From the IMG/VR virus record IMGVR_UViG_3300025309_000012: a DNA stretch of 64,000 nucleotides. One strand, given 5' to 3'. The notes beneath the pieces were generated by a model, which searched no databases, was not told where the DNA came from, and saw only the letters and a program-made list of their open reading frames with translations. This document shows positions 10,677 through 21,300 of this stretch, in pieces (the first letter of the stretch is position 1; each line of letters begins with the position of its first letter). The DNA comes from an uncultured virus (IMG/VR IMGVR_UViG_3300025309_000012) (lineage: Duplodnaviria; Heunggongvirae; Uroviricota; Caudoviricetes). The position numbers and the translations under genes were made by a program.

Positions 10677-10938
10677 GATAGTTATGGAAACAAAAGTTAA
10701 AGAGTTGGTATAGAAATTAGACATCTATTAACAGCAAGAGGACAGAAATGGCTGAGATTAAAATTGTTATTGATGAGAAAAAACTAAAGGAGCTTATTTC
10801 AGATCATCTTTACGATCTGTTTGGAAGCCTTACTTTTACTGAAGAAGAAATTAGTATAATGGTAAAATCTAAACAGAATTATAAAAGTGAGTGGGAGAAA
10901 GCAGATTTTAAAGCAGAAATAAATAAAAGTTTTTAACC

Positions 10939-11601
10939 ATGACAAATCAAGAAATAACAATTTTAACCTCAGTTAAAACAATCTTAGAATACTTGGATTC
11001 AAAATATGGTTTTAAACTAAACTCAGTAAGGTTTCACAAACTCATTAAATCACAAGGATTCCCCGTAACTAAAATTGGAATCAAGTATGCGGCAAGAACT
11101 GATTTTATTGACAAGTGGATTGACGATTTATTTAACAATAAAATTATTGAAAATATTAGAAATAGATATGATTTAGTTAGAAAACCTGAAAGAAAAGGAC
11201 CAAGTAAATTTATTGATAAGGTAAAATACAGATACCCTAAAAAGAGAGGTAGAAAAAAAACCTGGAAAGAAGAAATAGATACTAAAAGTTGGGAATTTTT
11301 TCTTAAGAAAATAGATTTGGTATTGCCATGGTATGATAATAAAAACCGAAACATGATTTATTCAAGTGCTAAGAAGCTGATCTTAAATAAATGTTCAGTT
11401 ACACTTATTGTGAATGTTATAGAGCAATGTATGTGGGCTTCGTATCGTGAAGCCCTTCATGCATATCAAAAAGAAGGCACACCTTTTCTTAATTTTAGAG
11501 AAAGAAAGAAATTTGGGAGCTGGAAAGAAAAAGTAAGGGGGAAATTAACAATTGGAGATAACGTCTCAATTAATAAAGAAGATAAACCAATTAAAGAATG
11601 A
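10939..11601 (+). CDS. basic putative DNA-binding protein
   Basis: N-terminal excisionase/HTH-like GFPVTKIG..YAA...IDKW; lysine-rich. Confidence 0.4.
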   Translation: MTNQEITILTSVKTILEYLDSKYGFKLNSVRFHKLIKSQGFPVTKIGIKYAARTDFIDKWIDDLFNNKIIENIRNRYDLVRKPERKGPSKFIDKVKYRYPKKRGRKKTWKEEIDTKSWEFFLKKIDLVLPWYDNKNRNMIYSSAKKLILNKCSVTLIVNVIEQCMWASYREALHAYQKEGTPFLNFRERKKFGSWKEKVRGKLTIGDNVSINKEDKPIKE

Positions 11602-11822
11602 CAATTACGTTCCTTTAAAATTACAGTTTAATGAAAGTACGTATATTAAAATTTTAGAGGAATGTAATTTTATAAAGAAAGAAAACGGAGAATATATTTG
11701 GTATTCTCCTAAATTAGTAGAAACGAGTTCTAACACACCTGGGGTCAATACATTTTTTGGCCTGCCATTTGTCATTGAAGACGAAGGTTTCGATTGGGCT
11801 ATAGTTTCAGAGGAGAAAAGTA

Positions 11823-12173
11823 ATGGATGAAATAGATAAGTTGGGTATGAAAGCAAATCTAGTTAATGAAATTTGCGGATTAAATCACGGCCATTGGGAT
11901 TGTCCAGATCCACAAGCAGTTGATTATATTGTAGCACCATTTGGATATAAAGTCGGAGACATAGAATACATGCAAACACAAGAATTTGCTATTCCTGTTT
12001 GTAAGTGCTGTGCAGAAACATTATATAGCAATGACAAGGAGTGGATTCTGTACTATTGTATAAATTGTAATAGCTCGCAATGGATAATTAGACAATTGAT
12101 GGGCATTAACAGCCAAAGACCAATGGTTGAATGGCTTGACGAATGCCCCAAATGTAAGGCTCAGACTTTATAA
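11823..12173 (+). CDS. Cys-rich hypothetical protein
   Basis: several CxxC motifs; last gene of the + block. Confidence 0.5.
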   Translation: MDEIDKLGMKANLVNEICGLNHGHWDCPDPQAVDYIVAPFGYKVGDIEYMQTQEFAIPVCKCCAETLYSNDKEWILYYCINCNSSQWIIRQLMGINSQRPMVEWLDECPKCKAQTL

Positions 12174-12421
12174 AATCTTACATTATCAATCTGTTTGACG
12201 AAACTTGTTTTGGTCGCCCATTTAGGTGCGCTAATGCTAATATCGTAATAACTATTAGCATTAGCGACTTCGGTTATATCTTTTCCAAACCAAGCCTTAG
12301 CTTTTACTCTATTCAAAATAACAGCAGCAATTCCTGTCTTAACTTCTTTACTTGCGCCTCTAGCTTCTCTCCAAATCATTAAAGCTAAAAATACAGTATC
12401 GGCTATTTTTAATAATTCCAT
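12161..12421 (-). CDS. SleB/Hydrolase_2-like endolysin, apparently internally deleted
   Basis: LALMIWREARG..AVILNRV and SYY..PKWA..QID..RFY present; central QFS segment absent; only 86 aa. Confidence 0.65.
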   Translation of the reverse strand: MELLKIADTVFLALMIWREARGASKEVKTGIAAVILNRVKAKAWFGKDITEVANANSYYDISISAPKWATKTSFVKQIDNVRFYKV

Positions 12422-12531
12422 TTCTCACATTTGGCAATTTATACAAACGCAACCACAATAAATACATTTTTCTTTATTGCTGCCATTCTCAATTTCAAAA
12501 ACCATACCACAATTTTTGCAAATATAAATTA

Positions 12532-12813
12532 TCATTTTCTCCCATTTTCTCTCAATATAGAATCCATCATATCTGTTTCTAAACTTTTAATTCTAGCCGC
12601 ATTATTTTTTATATCTGCTTCTGCCTTAACAATCGTCAAGTTTTCCATTGATATTGAATTACTCAAAACACCAAAACCAGTTTCCATTTTGTCAACTCTT
12701 TTAATTATATATCCCTGCATACCTACCATTATCACTACTGCGATTCCAATTACCCATTGAGTCACAGTAAAGCGTGTACAGGTTTCGACATTACAGCTTT
12801 TCACCATAGTCAT
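12532..12813 (-). CDS. single-TM membrane protein (holin/spanin-like)
   Basis: one TM plus coiled coil, upstream of the endolysin. Confidence 0.45.
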   Translation of the reverse strand: MTMVKSCNVETCTRFTVTQWVIGIAVVIMVGMQGYIIKRVDKMETGFGVLSNSISMENLTIVKAEADIKNNAARIKSLETDMMDSILRENGRK

Positions 12814-13034
12814 TCTCCTTATATTCTATAAGAGACAAAGCTTCATATAAATAACATCTTTCCAAAACAAGATTTATCTCTTTTTTATTTTCAACTATAA
12901 AATCATTATCCATAATTAATTCATATATTATCTGTTTTTAAATACCCTCTGCCATAAATTGTACAATTACCACAACTGACACATCTTTTTTTGTCTTTTG
13001 TGAATTTATACATTTACAATCCTTGGTTAAATTA

Positions 13035-15035
13035 TCACCACTCAGCAGCATAAATTGGGACATAGCCAAGTAAAACTCCACTTGAGTTATAAATAGGCCA
13101 GGCTTTAGATGTTGCTCCTGATGGTGTGTTGGCATTACTAGTGGTATTCCCTACTCCCAATCCATCACCAGCTCCAAGAGACAAAACATTAGCCGCTGTA
13201 CGACTCAGAGTTACATCTACTGCTGTCGCTCCACCAGCACCAAAAGACATAACTCCATCGCCAGTTAAATTAAATGTAGGTTGAGCATCTAAAGTTCCAC
13301 CAGTAGATTGATGAACTCGAAGAACAATATTTGCCCCACCTCGGACTACTTGGATATAATCATTGTCCACAATTCTAATATAATTATCTTCATCAGCCAT
13401 CCAGCCATTGTAATTATCAAAAAATTCAAAGATTGTAGTTGTTGAGTTATTAGTAATATTAGATGCTGTAACTGGACGAAAATCATTTGACATTTGACCA
13501 CTTGTTATATATGTATAATAAGCAGTCGCGGCTATTGTTCCACCTTTAAGACCTCCGTCTTTACATCTTAAAAACTCCACATTGATACAATTAGAAAGAT
13601 CAAACGCTGGGATGCCTGCTTCAGTAGCAAATGAACTACGATCAAATAGAATACCTCTAGGAATTTCCCCACCTTCATTAGAAATTTTTAAACCTACTGC
13701 TCCGGCATCAGGAGATGGGTAGCCTATGCTTTCAATATGATGACGGACAAAGCTATAACGTCCACCTGCAGCAACATGAATCCCATGTAAACTATTAGCT
13801 TCGGTCACAACATCTATAAGCGTAACACCAAACGGACCACTGTTAACATCAGCTAAAGCTTCAGTTAAATTACCATCGAAATGGATGCCTACCTTCCCAC
13901 CCCAATAAGCACCACCTTTAAAATTCATAGTAGTGCCATCAGCAACGTATGCCTGGTACTCTGTGTTGTCCCAACTATTCACGTTGTCTATTGAAGTTTC
14001 AAGACATCTTATCAGATAAAGGCCTGCATTAGTAAATCCAGTAACTTTAAGCTCTTTAATGGTCATACTCTGTGCAACACCGTAAAGAGCCAGCCCATTA
14101 GTCCCTGTCCCACCTCCATCAAGATACAAATTAGTAAACTCAAGTCCCCTGGTCCAGTTAGCAGGATGCTGAACCTGAGAGTAGGTATTAAATATCGGAA
14201 CAGCCGCAGTTGATACTAATTTCCCATTTCTGAAGATCCAATCTAGTCTAGGAGTAGAACCTGCTCCTGGGTCTGGTAAAGTGAGAACTGTCCCTATTCC
14301 ATATCCCAACACACCACTTGCAGAAAAATCAAATATCCGATTAGTTGAAGTTCCAACTGAATCAATCATAGACTGAAGTTCTGTACTAACATCTGTGCCA
14401 TCACCAATACCAACCCACCATCCAGCATATAAAACAGTATCGGGATAACCAGAAAAATCAGTCACTAAATTTGCCCCAATCCAATACTGCCCAGGAGAAG
14501 CAACAACCCCACCAGTTATAACTAATGTCTCGGTTCCGCCTCCAGCAGTACCATCAAAATAACCGCCTTCAGAAAGATTTAATATCCCATTAACTGTTAA
14601 TGTAACCCCATCTGCTAAAGTAGTTATACAACCCTTAACACCTCGTAAAGTCAGTGTTGTAGGGGAAGCCAGATCAGCACTAACTGTATTATCTACATCA
14701 AGGGCTAAAATAGTTTCTGTTGCGCCGATATCGGTTAAAGCAGCGCTTAAACTGCCTGCATAATCAGCATATAAATATTTTATCCCTTCTTCTCCAACAT
14801 TATGCAAATCCCACCATAAATTTCCGGGATTAGAATCGGGAATAATAACCCATGGGGAATTTTCAACAGCTCCAACACTCTCTTTCAACAAATATTGTCT
14901 AGCTCTACCAGCAACATATGTTAAAGCGACATCGCCTGCCGCTAAACTAGCGCCGTCAATAGCGTCTAAATTACCTGTTCCCCCAGACCAGGCACCTCCA
15001 CCAATTAACCCCGTTGTTTTATAAAAAGTAGCCAT
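13035..15035 (-). CDS. tail spike/fibre with right-handed beta-helix (depolymerase-like)
   Basis: GDGTDVSTELQSMID followed by parallel beta-helix repeats; last tail gene. Confidence 0.75.
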   Translation of the reverse strand: MATFYKTTGLIGGGAWSGGTGNLDAIDGASLAAGDVALTYVAGRARQYLLKESVGAVENSPWVIIPDSNPGNLWWDLHNVGEEGIKYLYADYAGSLSAALTDIGATETILALDVDNTVSADLASPTTLTLRGVKGCITTLADGVTLTVNGILNLSEGGYFDGTAGGGTETLVITGGVVASPGQYWIGANLVTDFSGYPDTVLYAGWWVGIGDGTDVSTELQSMIDSVGTSTNRIFDFSASGVLGYGIGTVLTLPDPGAGSTPRLDWIFRNGKLVSTAAVPIFNTYSQVQHPANWTRGLEFTNLYLDGGGTGTNGLALYGVAQSMTIKELKVTGFTNAGLYLIRCLETSIDNVNSWDNTEYQAYVADGTTMNFKGGAYWGGKVGIHFDGNLTEALADVNSGPFGVTLIDVVTEANSLHGIHVAAGGRYSFVRHHIESIGYPSPDAGAVGLKISNEGGEIPRGILFDRSSFATEAGIPAFDLSNCINVEFLRCKDGGLKGGTIAATAYYTYITSGQMSNDFRPVTASNITNNSTTTIFEFFDNYNGWMADEDNYIRIVDNDYIQVVRGGANIVLRVHQSTGGTLDAQPTFNLTGDGVMSFGAGGATAVDVTLSRTAANVLSLGAGDGLGVGNTTSNANTPSGATSKAWPIYNSSGVLLGYVPIYAAEW

Positions 15036-15193
15036 TAATTACCCCCTAAGTCATTTTGAACGTTAGTTATGACCTTATTTTTCATTTCATTAATTTGTGT
15101 TTTTAAAACCTGAATTTCTTCATTGGCAAGTCTTAAATTTATTGTCAATTCCCCTACGATTTGAAGAATTTTATTTAATTTATCTTGGTCCAT
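15035..15193 (-). CDS. 52 aa coiled-coil protein (MDQDKLNKILQIVGEL...), not in the ORF track
   Basis: GGGGAG RBS; TAATG overlap with the tail spike start. Confidence 0.6.
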   Translation of the reverse strand: MDQDKLNKILQIVGELTINLRLANEEIQVLKTQINEMKNKVITNVQNDLGGN

Positions 15194-15205
15194 ATCTTCT
15201 CCCCA

Positions 15206-17965
15206 TTAAGCTGTTGCTGCAACTAAAACATAAATTGTTGAACCACCAAAATCAACTTCAACTGTCCCTACCGGAGTCGTATTAGATCCTGTAGTTCCGG
15301 CACTATGCATAACGTCTTGAGTTAAAACCTGAAGAGTTGTTAGCCCAGAAATAGAACCACCTGTTATACTAACATTGTCAGAAGCTTGTGTAGAAATACT
15401 ACCAATACCTAAAGTTGATCTTGCCGCAATATTATTCGCATCATCTAATAAAGTTCGCGCAAAGGGAGTTATATCTGTTTCTGCCGCTGTATTTGCAGCA
15501 GTTGTATATACCATCTTATCGGCAGCAGTCCCCAACCCTGCAATACTTGTTAAAAACACATCGTAAGCTTGAATATCGACTCCAATTTCTAAATCAATAG
15601 AAGCTAGAAAAGTAGCTGTATCTTCAATCGTTAATACCTCACCTGTTGGGACAGTAATACTCCCTTCAAAATATGGAGCTGTCCCATCAGTATAAATTTG
15701 GAAGACAACGCCGAGTACAGAGTCATAACCTATTAACCCACTTGGGCTAATTTGAACATAATTACTTCCAGTATATGATTTTATTCTTTGATTTGCAGAA
15801 TCTATTTCAACTCCATCAACAGATAACATTGTTGATGTCAGAGTGAAGCCACCAATAGTTCCACCACTAGCATAAATAGACTCACAATAATTATTTCCAC
15901 TCTCATCAATTCTAAAAGGAGCTGTTGAAGGCGTAGCTCCACCCGCCCAAATTCTCCAATCCGTAGCCCCAGTTACTTCACTATTTAAACCAACTAAACC
16001 ATTACTAGCGGTAAGACTATATTGATTTGCAGTAAACCCACATAATTTATTCACTCCTGATCCGTCTAATCTTAATATAGAAACAGCATTTGAATCTAAA
16101 ATTTCAAGGCCATAGTCATTTGTCCCCAAATCTCCTATTTTTAATCTAGTTGTCCCATTTTCAACAAATTTTTGAATAGGCTCATTAGGATCAAAATAAA
16201 TATAATTTACCCCTGCTCCAATTCTAAAAACACCCTTAACTGTATTTTGAGTATTGCCAGTACTAGTTGTTGAATCTGGCCCAGAGATCATAGGTGAATA
16301 AACTTGAGCAGAACTGGTATCATCTAAAACTGTTAAAGTAGTAACAGATAGGTCTGCAAAATCATCTAAAGCTTCTTTAAACTGAATACAATTTATACTT
16401 ATTCCACTAGCTCTGGTAAAAGAAATAGAATCAATCAAAGCCGTATATGTTCCACCATATTTAGCAGAACTAATTGTTATAGCATCATCAGGATTTAAAC
16501 CAAGTAATTTATATTTCCCAGAAAAAGAAATATTAGCTTTTTGTAATAAACGGCGTTGATAATACAAAATTCCAATTTTTTGCGCTACATCTGAATTTTG
16601 TATAAATGGGATATTTAGGTTTGATGTAGATATATCATCAGTGCTTGTTTTTGCAGGAACCAAAACTTTAATAAATTTGTCTTGAGCTTCATTGGTTTGT
16701 TGAAATGAAATATATCCAGAATCAGATTGAGTTTGTGTGACAAGGTTATAATTAAAGGAACCCATTCCAACAGTATTGGGGTTAATTACAATAGCTTCAT
16801 CAATTGTTTTTTGGCTAGCTTTAATTAAAGGTTGTAGTTCTATTTTATCATTAACAATTAAAGTAGAATGACAACAATTTAACAATTCGCCCAAAACTTC
16901 TGCTTTTGGCCTTTTATAATAATAGGCATAATTAAATAAAATGCCTTGACTGTCATATGTTGCTTTTGATGTAATAAAACTATCACCTATATCAATACTA
17001 GGTACGCCCATATCAAGCAAAACGAACTTAATTGCATCTGCTGGATTATGAATATTAGTTGTATTGGACTTATCAAATTGACATGGGATATCAAGGAAAG
17101 TATCTCCCTGCATCCACAATCCATTAGCATCAGCGTCTCCATCTCCATTGCTATCTGCAATTATGGCTTTTAAAACAGAATAATTTGTTGAATTCAGGGT
17201 TTTAGAAGTTTTGCCAAATGTATAAGAACTAGCATCCCATTCAGACTTAGCATTCCCCCATGCTCGTGGAGATCTGACTTTATGGATATTATAGTCATAT
17301 CCTGCCTCTCCGAGCAAATAATACCTTTGGTTCGTTATATAAATTGAACGCAAAGGTATATAAGCTTTCCCAATAGGTACTGGTACACAAATATTATCAT
17401 CGTTCACATCAGAACTAATACTTAATTCTTTAACTAATTTAGTATTTGGGTAATCACCACGTAAATATTTTTGTAACCAATCCTCGCAGGTAAACTTTAT
17501 TTGATTATATACTTCTTCAGATCTTCTAATATTAAATTTAAAAAAACGAATAATTGCATCATCAGTACCGTTGCCAACGATTAACCTTATCAAAAGTGTG
17601 GCATCAATAAAATCAGCAGCAGTTAAAGACGCACTTGCATTGCCAACAGAAAAAGACATTTCACTAGGCGCAATTATACCATATTCTGACCTAGACCGAT
17701 TTAAAGTTACGCCACTAAATGTTTCTGGTACAATTTTAAACGCATAAACGTCTGTATTAGCCCAAAAGTCAATGCCAGCAGCCCATGATATGCCAGAAGC
17801 CCAAACACCGCTTAGAGAAGCGTTTAGGGTCGTTAAATCACTATCTGCTTTGGTACTCCACAAATACTTAACATTTGCAGCAGTAGTTATTTCAAACAAC
17901 CAGTCAATGGTTTTATAATTTGAATCAACTAAAGCTTGTTTTGTTGTATTAAAAGTTATTGACAT
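15206..17965 (-). CDS. tail tip/baseplate hub protein with fibre-like C-terminus
   Basis: position after distal tail gene; VPVPIG, NPADAI, GTIGGF, IGVDIQAYD repeats; probable start MSITF. Confidence 0.7.
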   Translation of the reverse strand: MSITFNTTKQALVDSNYKTIDWLFEITTAANVKYLWSTKADSDLTTLNASLSGVWASGISWAAGIDFWANTDVYAFKIVPETFSGVTLNRSRSEYGIIAPSEMSFSVGNASASLTAADFIDATLLIRLIVGNGTDDAIIRFFKFNIRRSEEVYNQIKFTCEDWLQKYLRGDYPNTKLVKELSISSDVNDDNICVPVPIGKAYIPLRSIYITNQRYYLLGEAGYDYNIHKVRSPRAWGNAKSEWDASSYTFGKTSKTLNSTNYSVLKAIIADSNGDGDADANGLWMQGDTFLDIPCQFDKSNTTNIHNPADAIKFVLLDMGVPSIDIGDSFITSKATYDSQGILFNYAYYYKRPKAEVLGELLNCCHSTLIVNDKIELQPLIKASQKTIDEAIVINPNTVGMGSFNYNLVTQTQSDSGYISFQQTNEAQDKFIKVLVPAKTSTDDISTSNLNIPFIQNSDVAQKIGILYYQRRLLQKANISFSGKYKLLGLNPDDAITISSAKYGGTYTALIDSISFTRASGISINCIQFKEALDDFADLSVTTLTVLDDTSSAQVYSPMISGPDSTTSTGNTQNTVKGVFRIGAGVNYIYFDPNEPIQKFVENGTTRLKIGDLGTNDYGLEILDSNAVSILRLDGSGVNKLCGFTANQYSLTASNGLVGLNSEVTGATDWRIWAGGATPSTAPFRIDESGNNYCESIYASGGTIGGFTLTSTMLSVDGVEIDSANQRIKSYTGSNYVQISPSGLIGYDSVLGVVFQIYTDGTAPYFEGSITVPTGEVLTIEDTATFLASIDLEIGVDIQAYDVFLTSIAGLGTAADKMVYTTAANTAAETDITPFARTLLDDANNIAARSTLGIGSISTQASDNVSITGGSISGLTTLQVLTQDVMHSAGTTGSNTTPVGTVEVDFGGSTIYVLVAATA

Positions 17966-17966
17966 T

Positions 17967-18386
17967 TTAATCAGCGATCCTACCAACTACTTTTAGTCTT
18001 ACATCAGGAATTGTATGAAGTCCAGGAACAGAAATGCTCCTATTAAGCTTGCCCGCAAACCTTACAACATATGTATGACCTCCAGCATCGGCAGGGGCAG
18101 TCCATTTAAATGTCCTTGACATACCATTTCCTTTAGCTGCGTCATGATAAAAATCAATTATTGTACCGGCATCACTAGAATCTTTATTGTTCCATCTCAG
18201 AGTAATAAAAAATATTGACGTATTGGATAAAGCTATTCTTTCTTCACTTCCGTCATCACCTGTTAATATCACCGCCGATTTTTCCCCTTCTTCAACAATG
18301 ACATCGCTTGGGCTAACACTTAGTGTTGTAGTTGAGTAATCTGGGGTAACAGTACTTAAATAGTCATAAAGCTCTTGATTCGCCAT
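17967..18386 (-). CDS. distal tail/minor tail protein
   Basis: directly after tape measure; DGSEER, F.W..P...Y.VRF pattern. Confidence 0.6.
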   Translation of the reverse strand: MANQELYDYLSTVTPDYSTTTLSVSPSDVIVEEGEKSAVILTGDDGSEERIALSNTSIFFITLRWNNKDSSDAGTIIDFYHDAAKGNGMSRTFKWTAPADAGGHTYVVRFAGKLNRSISVPGLHTIPDVRLKVVGRIAD

Positions 18387-21300
18387 TATACACTCCCAAT
18401 AGCACTAATTAATTCTACATCTCCACTTCTAATAGCAGAAACAACAAGATCAGAAATAGTCTTATCCCCTATTTTAATAGTCAAGTTAATTCCACCTTCT
18501 CCAGGGATTAAATATGGTTCAATAGCTTTTAAAATACCTGCTCCAATTTTTTCACCATCAACTAAAACATCGGAAGTGCTGACAACAAGATTTCTTAAAG
18601 TTCCACTTGGTCCAAATAATTCATTATACAAATCTTTATAATCGGTTTCATCACCAGTAAAATTCTTTAAAAATGGCAGATATTGTGAAGATACAAAATC
18701 CATCAATGAATTTGTTGCATCCGTATCCCCAGATCTTGATAAGCCCAATAATTCATTATACCTATTCTGATATTGTTCAACGCTTTGAACAGGAGCGAGG
18801 TCACTAAATTGAATATTGTTCACAAAATCAAGATAATCCTTTACAAGCTGAATCATCGGATTTACATCAAGAGATTGAGACGTTGCTTTAATTTGATCTA
18901 CTTGGACTTTATATGCTTGATTTAGAACTCCAAGATTCATGCCCAAACTATTAGCTAAAGCAGTTTGTTCTTCATACCACTTATTCAATTGCTTGAGTTG
19001 GTATTCAGCATCAGTCATGGTATTTTTGTCAATTATGTCCTGCCAACTTGCTTGCAATTCTTTAATTTGTGTAATATAATCAAAAATCGCCTGAATTCCA
19101 CTCATAGCTATATCAATATTTTCCAAAGCCTTTGTAAGACCTGCTTCGTCAGATATTTTCCCTATTTTCATTATATCCAATGCATCTGTCAAAGCGGCTT
19201 GAATTTTGTTTTTAGCAATATTAGAAAAAACAGAAAGATCTAATTCATTAAAATCACTTTGTAATGCTTTTCTCATAATGCCAACACTACCAGAAATTAA
19301 GGGAGTGATAACACCAGAAGTAAATGCTTTTACAACATTAGCAACAGTTGCCTGTGCCTCACCAGCGTCTTCAGCCTGATAATATTGACCAATGGTAATT
19401 GCGCTAGATTTTGGCTTGTTGCCAACAATAGTACTACCAGAAGTAAAAGAGCTTTCTCGACTTCCAACGGCAACGGCACTAAAATTCTTTAAAAATGTTT
19501 CATATTGATTAGAAGCGGCTTTGCCGAACATTGAAATCTGACTAGAAAACATTGATGTTAGCTGATTCAAAGCAGAAGATAAAGAGCCTGTCAATGCATC
19601 AGCCGCTGGCGCAAAACTAGCACTGCCTCCTTTTCTATCATATGGAGTATTTTTACCTGTTTGGACAAATCCTTGACCAGATTTATAATCTAATGTATAA
19701 TTACTATACATATAAGCGCGTTCTTTATTATTCCCAAATAAAGAGCCAACCCCCAAAGCACCTAACATTCCACCAAGAATTGCCCCGATACCAGCACCCC
19801 ATGGACCAAAATAAGCTCCAACTTGTGCGCCTGCATATGCACCAGCGCCAGCGCCAGCGCCCTCAGCAGCAGATTGTCCAAAATCTTTACCATTTAATAA
19901 GCCCGCAATAAAAGTAGTGATACCAGCAGTCCAACCACCAAAGGCGGCACTTGACATGTTGGAAACACCAAATGCGGCAGAATCAAGGGCATTACCAAAC
20001 ATATTAGTTGAGGTAGTTAGGGAGTTTACAGACGATGCCATATTGGTAAGGCCCCAAGAAACACTACTTTGCAGTGCAGCCGACGATGCTGCATAAGAAC
20101 CAGGATTTAAGACCTCATTCCCTAAAGACAATGCTCCAGGTAGATATGAACCATTAGAAGCCATAGCCGCAGAAGAAACGCCAGCCGCACCACCTAATGA
20201 ACTTAAAGAGCTGCTTAAACTGCCGCTACTCCCACTCACCTGCATTTGAGTCTGACCCCAAAGCCAAGCACTCACCATTTCAGCAACAGCTTTTTTAAAC
20301 AAATCATTTAAAGAATCAATATCAAATTTCCAATCATATAACCACTGAGCAGTTAGATCTTGTAGATTGTCATACATGTTCTCCCAAATTCTTTCTACCT
20401 TTTTTCTAAATTCATCATGTTCATATTCTAATTGCTTTATACCATTATTTTTAGCATCTAATAACGCTTCTTTATATTCTTTTGCCTTTTCAGTTGGGAA
20501 AACAGGTTGTTCTCCTTGTGCAATAAGTTTCTCATTTGCAGCTATTACGCCATTTAAAACCTCTATCATTTTCTCATATTCTATATTAAGAGAATGAAGG
20601 CCCTTTTGTAATGGAGTTAAATTCCCACTTTCATTATATTTATTAACAAATTCATCAAGCTTATCAGTTAATTTGCTAATATCTCCTTTAAGAATTTGAG
20701 CGTTTAAATCTTTAATTGTTTGCTCAAGTTTTTTGCCTTCGGGACTCGCTTTTTTTAAATATTCAGCCAGCAACTCCAAATTTTTATTATATTTTTGTAA
20801 AGCGCTGTCTCCTTTATCAAAAGCAGATGCTTGTGATTCCAGTCTATTTTGTAAAGTTTCTAAAGAAGAGTCTGCCTTCATAGCAGCTTTATTTTTATCA
20901 AACTCTATAGATGCAGCCATAAGATCAGCAGATAAATTCTTAGCGGCATTACCAGCTTTCTCAATTCTTAATCTCCATTCATCAGTAACTAATAAAGCCG
21001 CCATCTCAGAAGCTTTAGATTCATCCAAGGCCGAATCTTTTACTTTAATTTTATCAATTAATTGCTGAAGGTCGTTGATTGTTTTCTCATTATCAATACC
21101 TTTAGACGTAGCCATAATCATATCTACATATTTTTGGCTATTTTCCCCCGCCATAGCAATCGTTGCTTGCCATTCTTTACTAGCTAAAGTCGCGGCCATT
21201 TCAGACTCTTTAGATTTGTCCAAAGCCGCAGTTTTAATATTTAACGAATCAGCTAATTGCTGAAGCTTTTTTTGAGCAGTTAGAGAATCAATAGAACCGG

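Noticed and set aside
13035..17986. Diversity-generating retroelement targeting the tail fibre
   Set aside because: No reverse transcriptase and no template/variable repeat pair were seen in this window.
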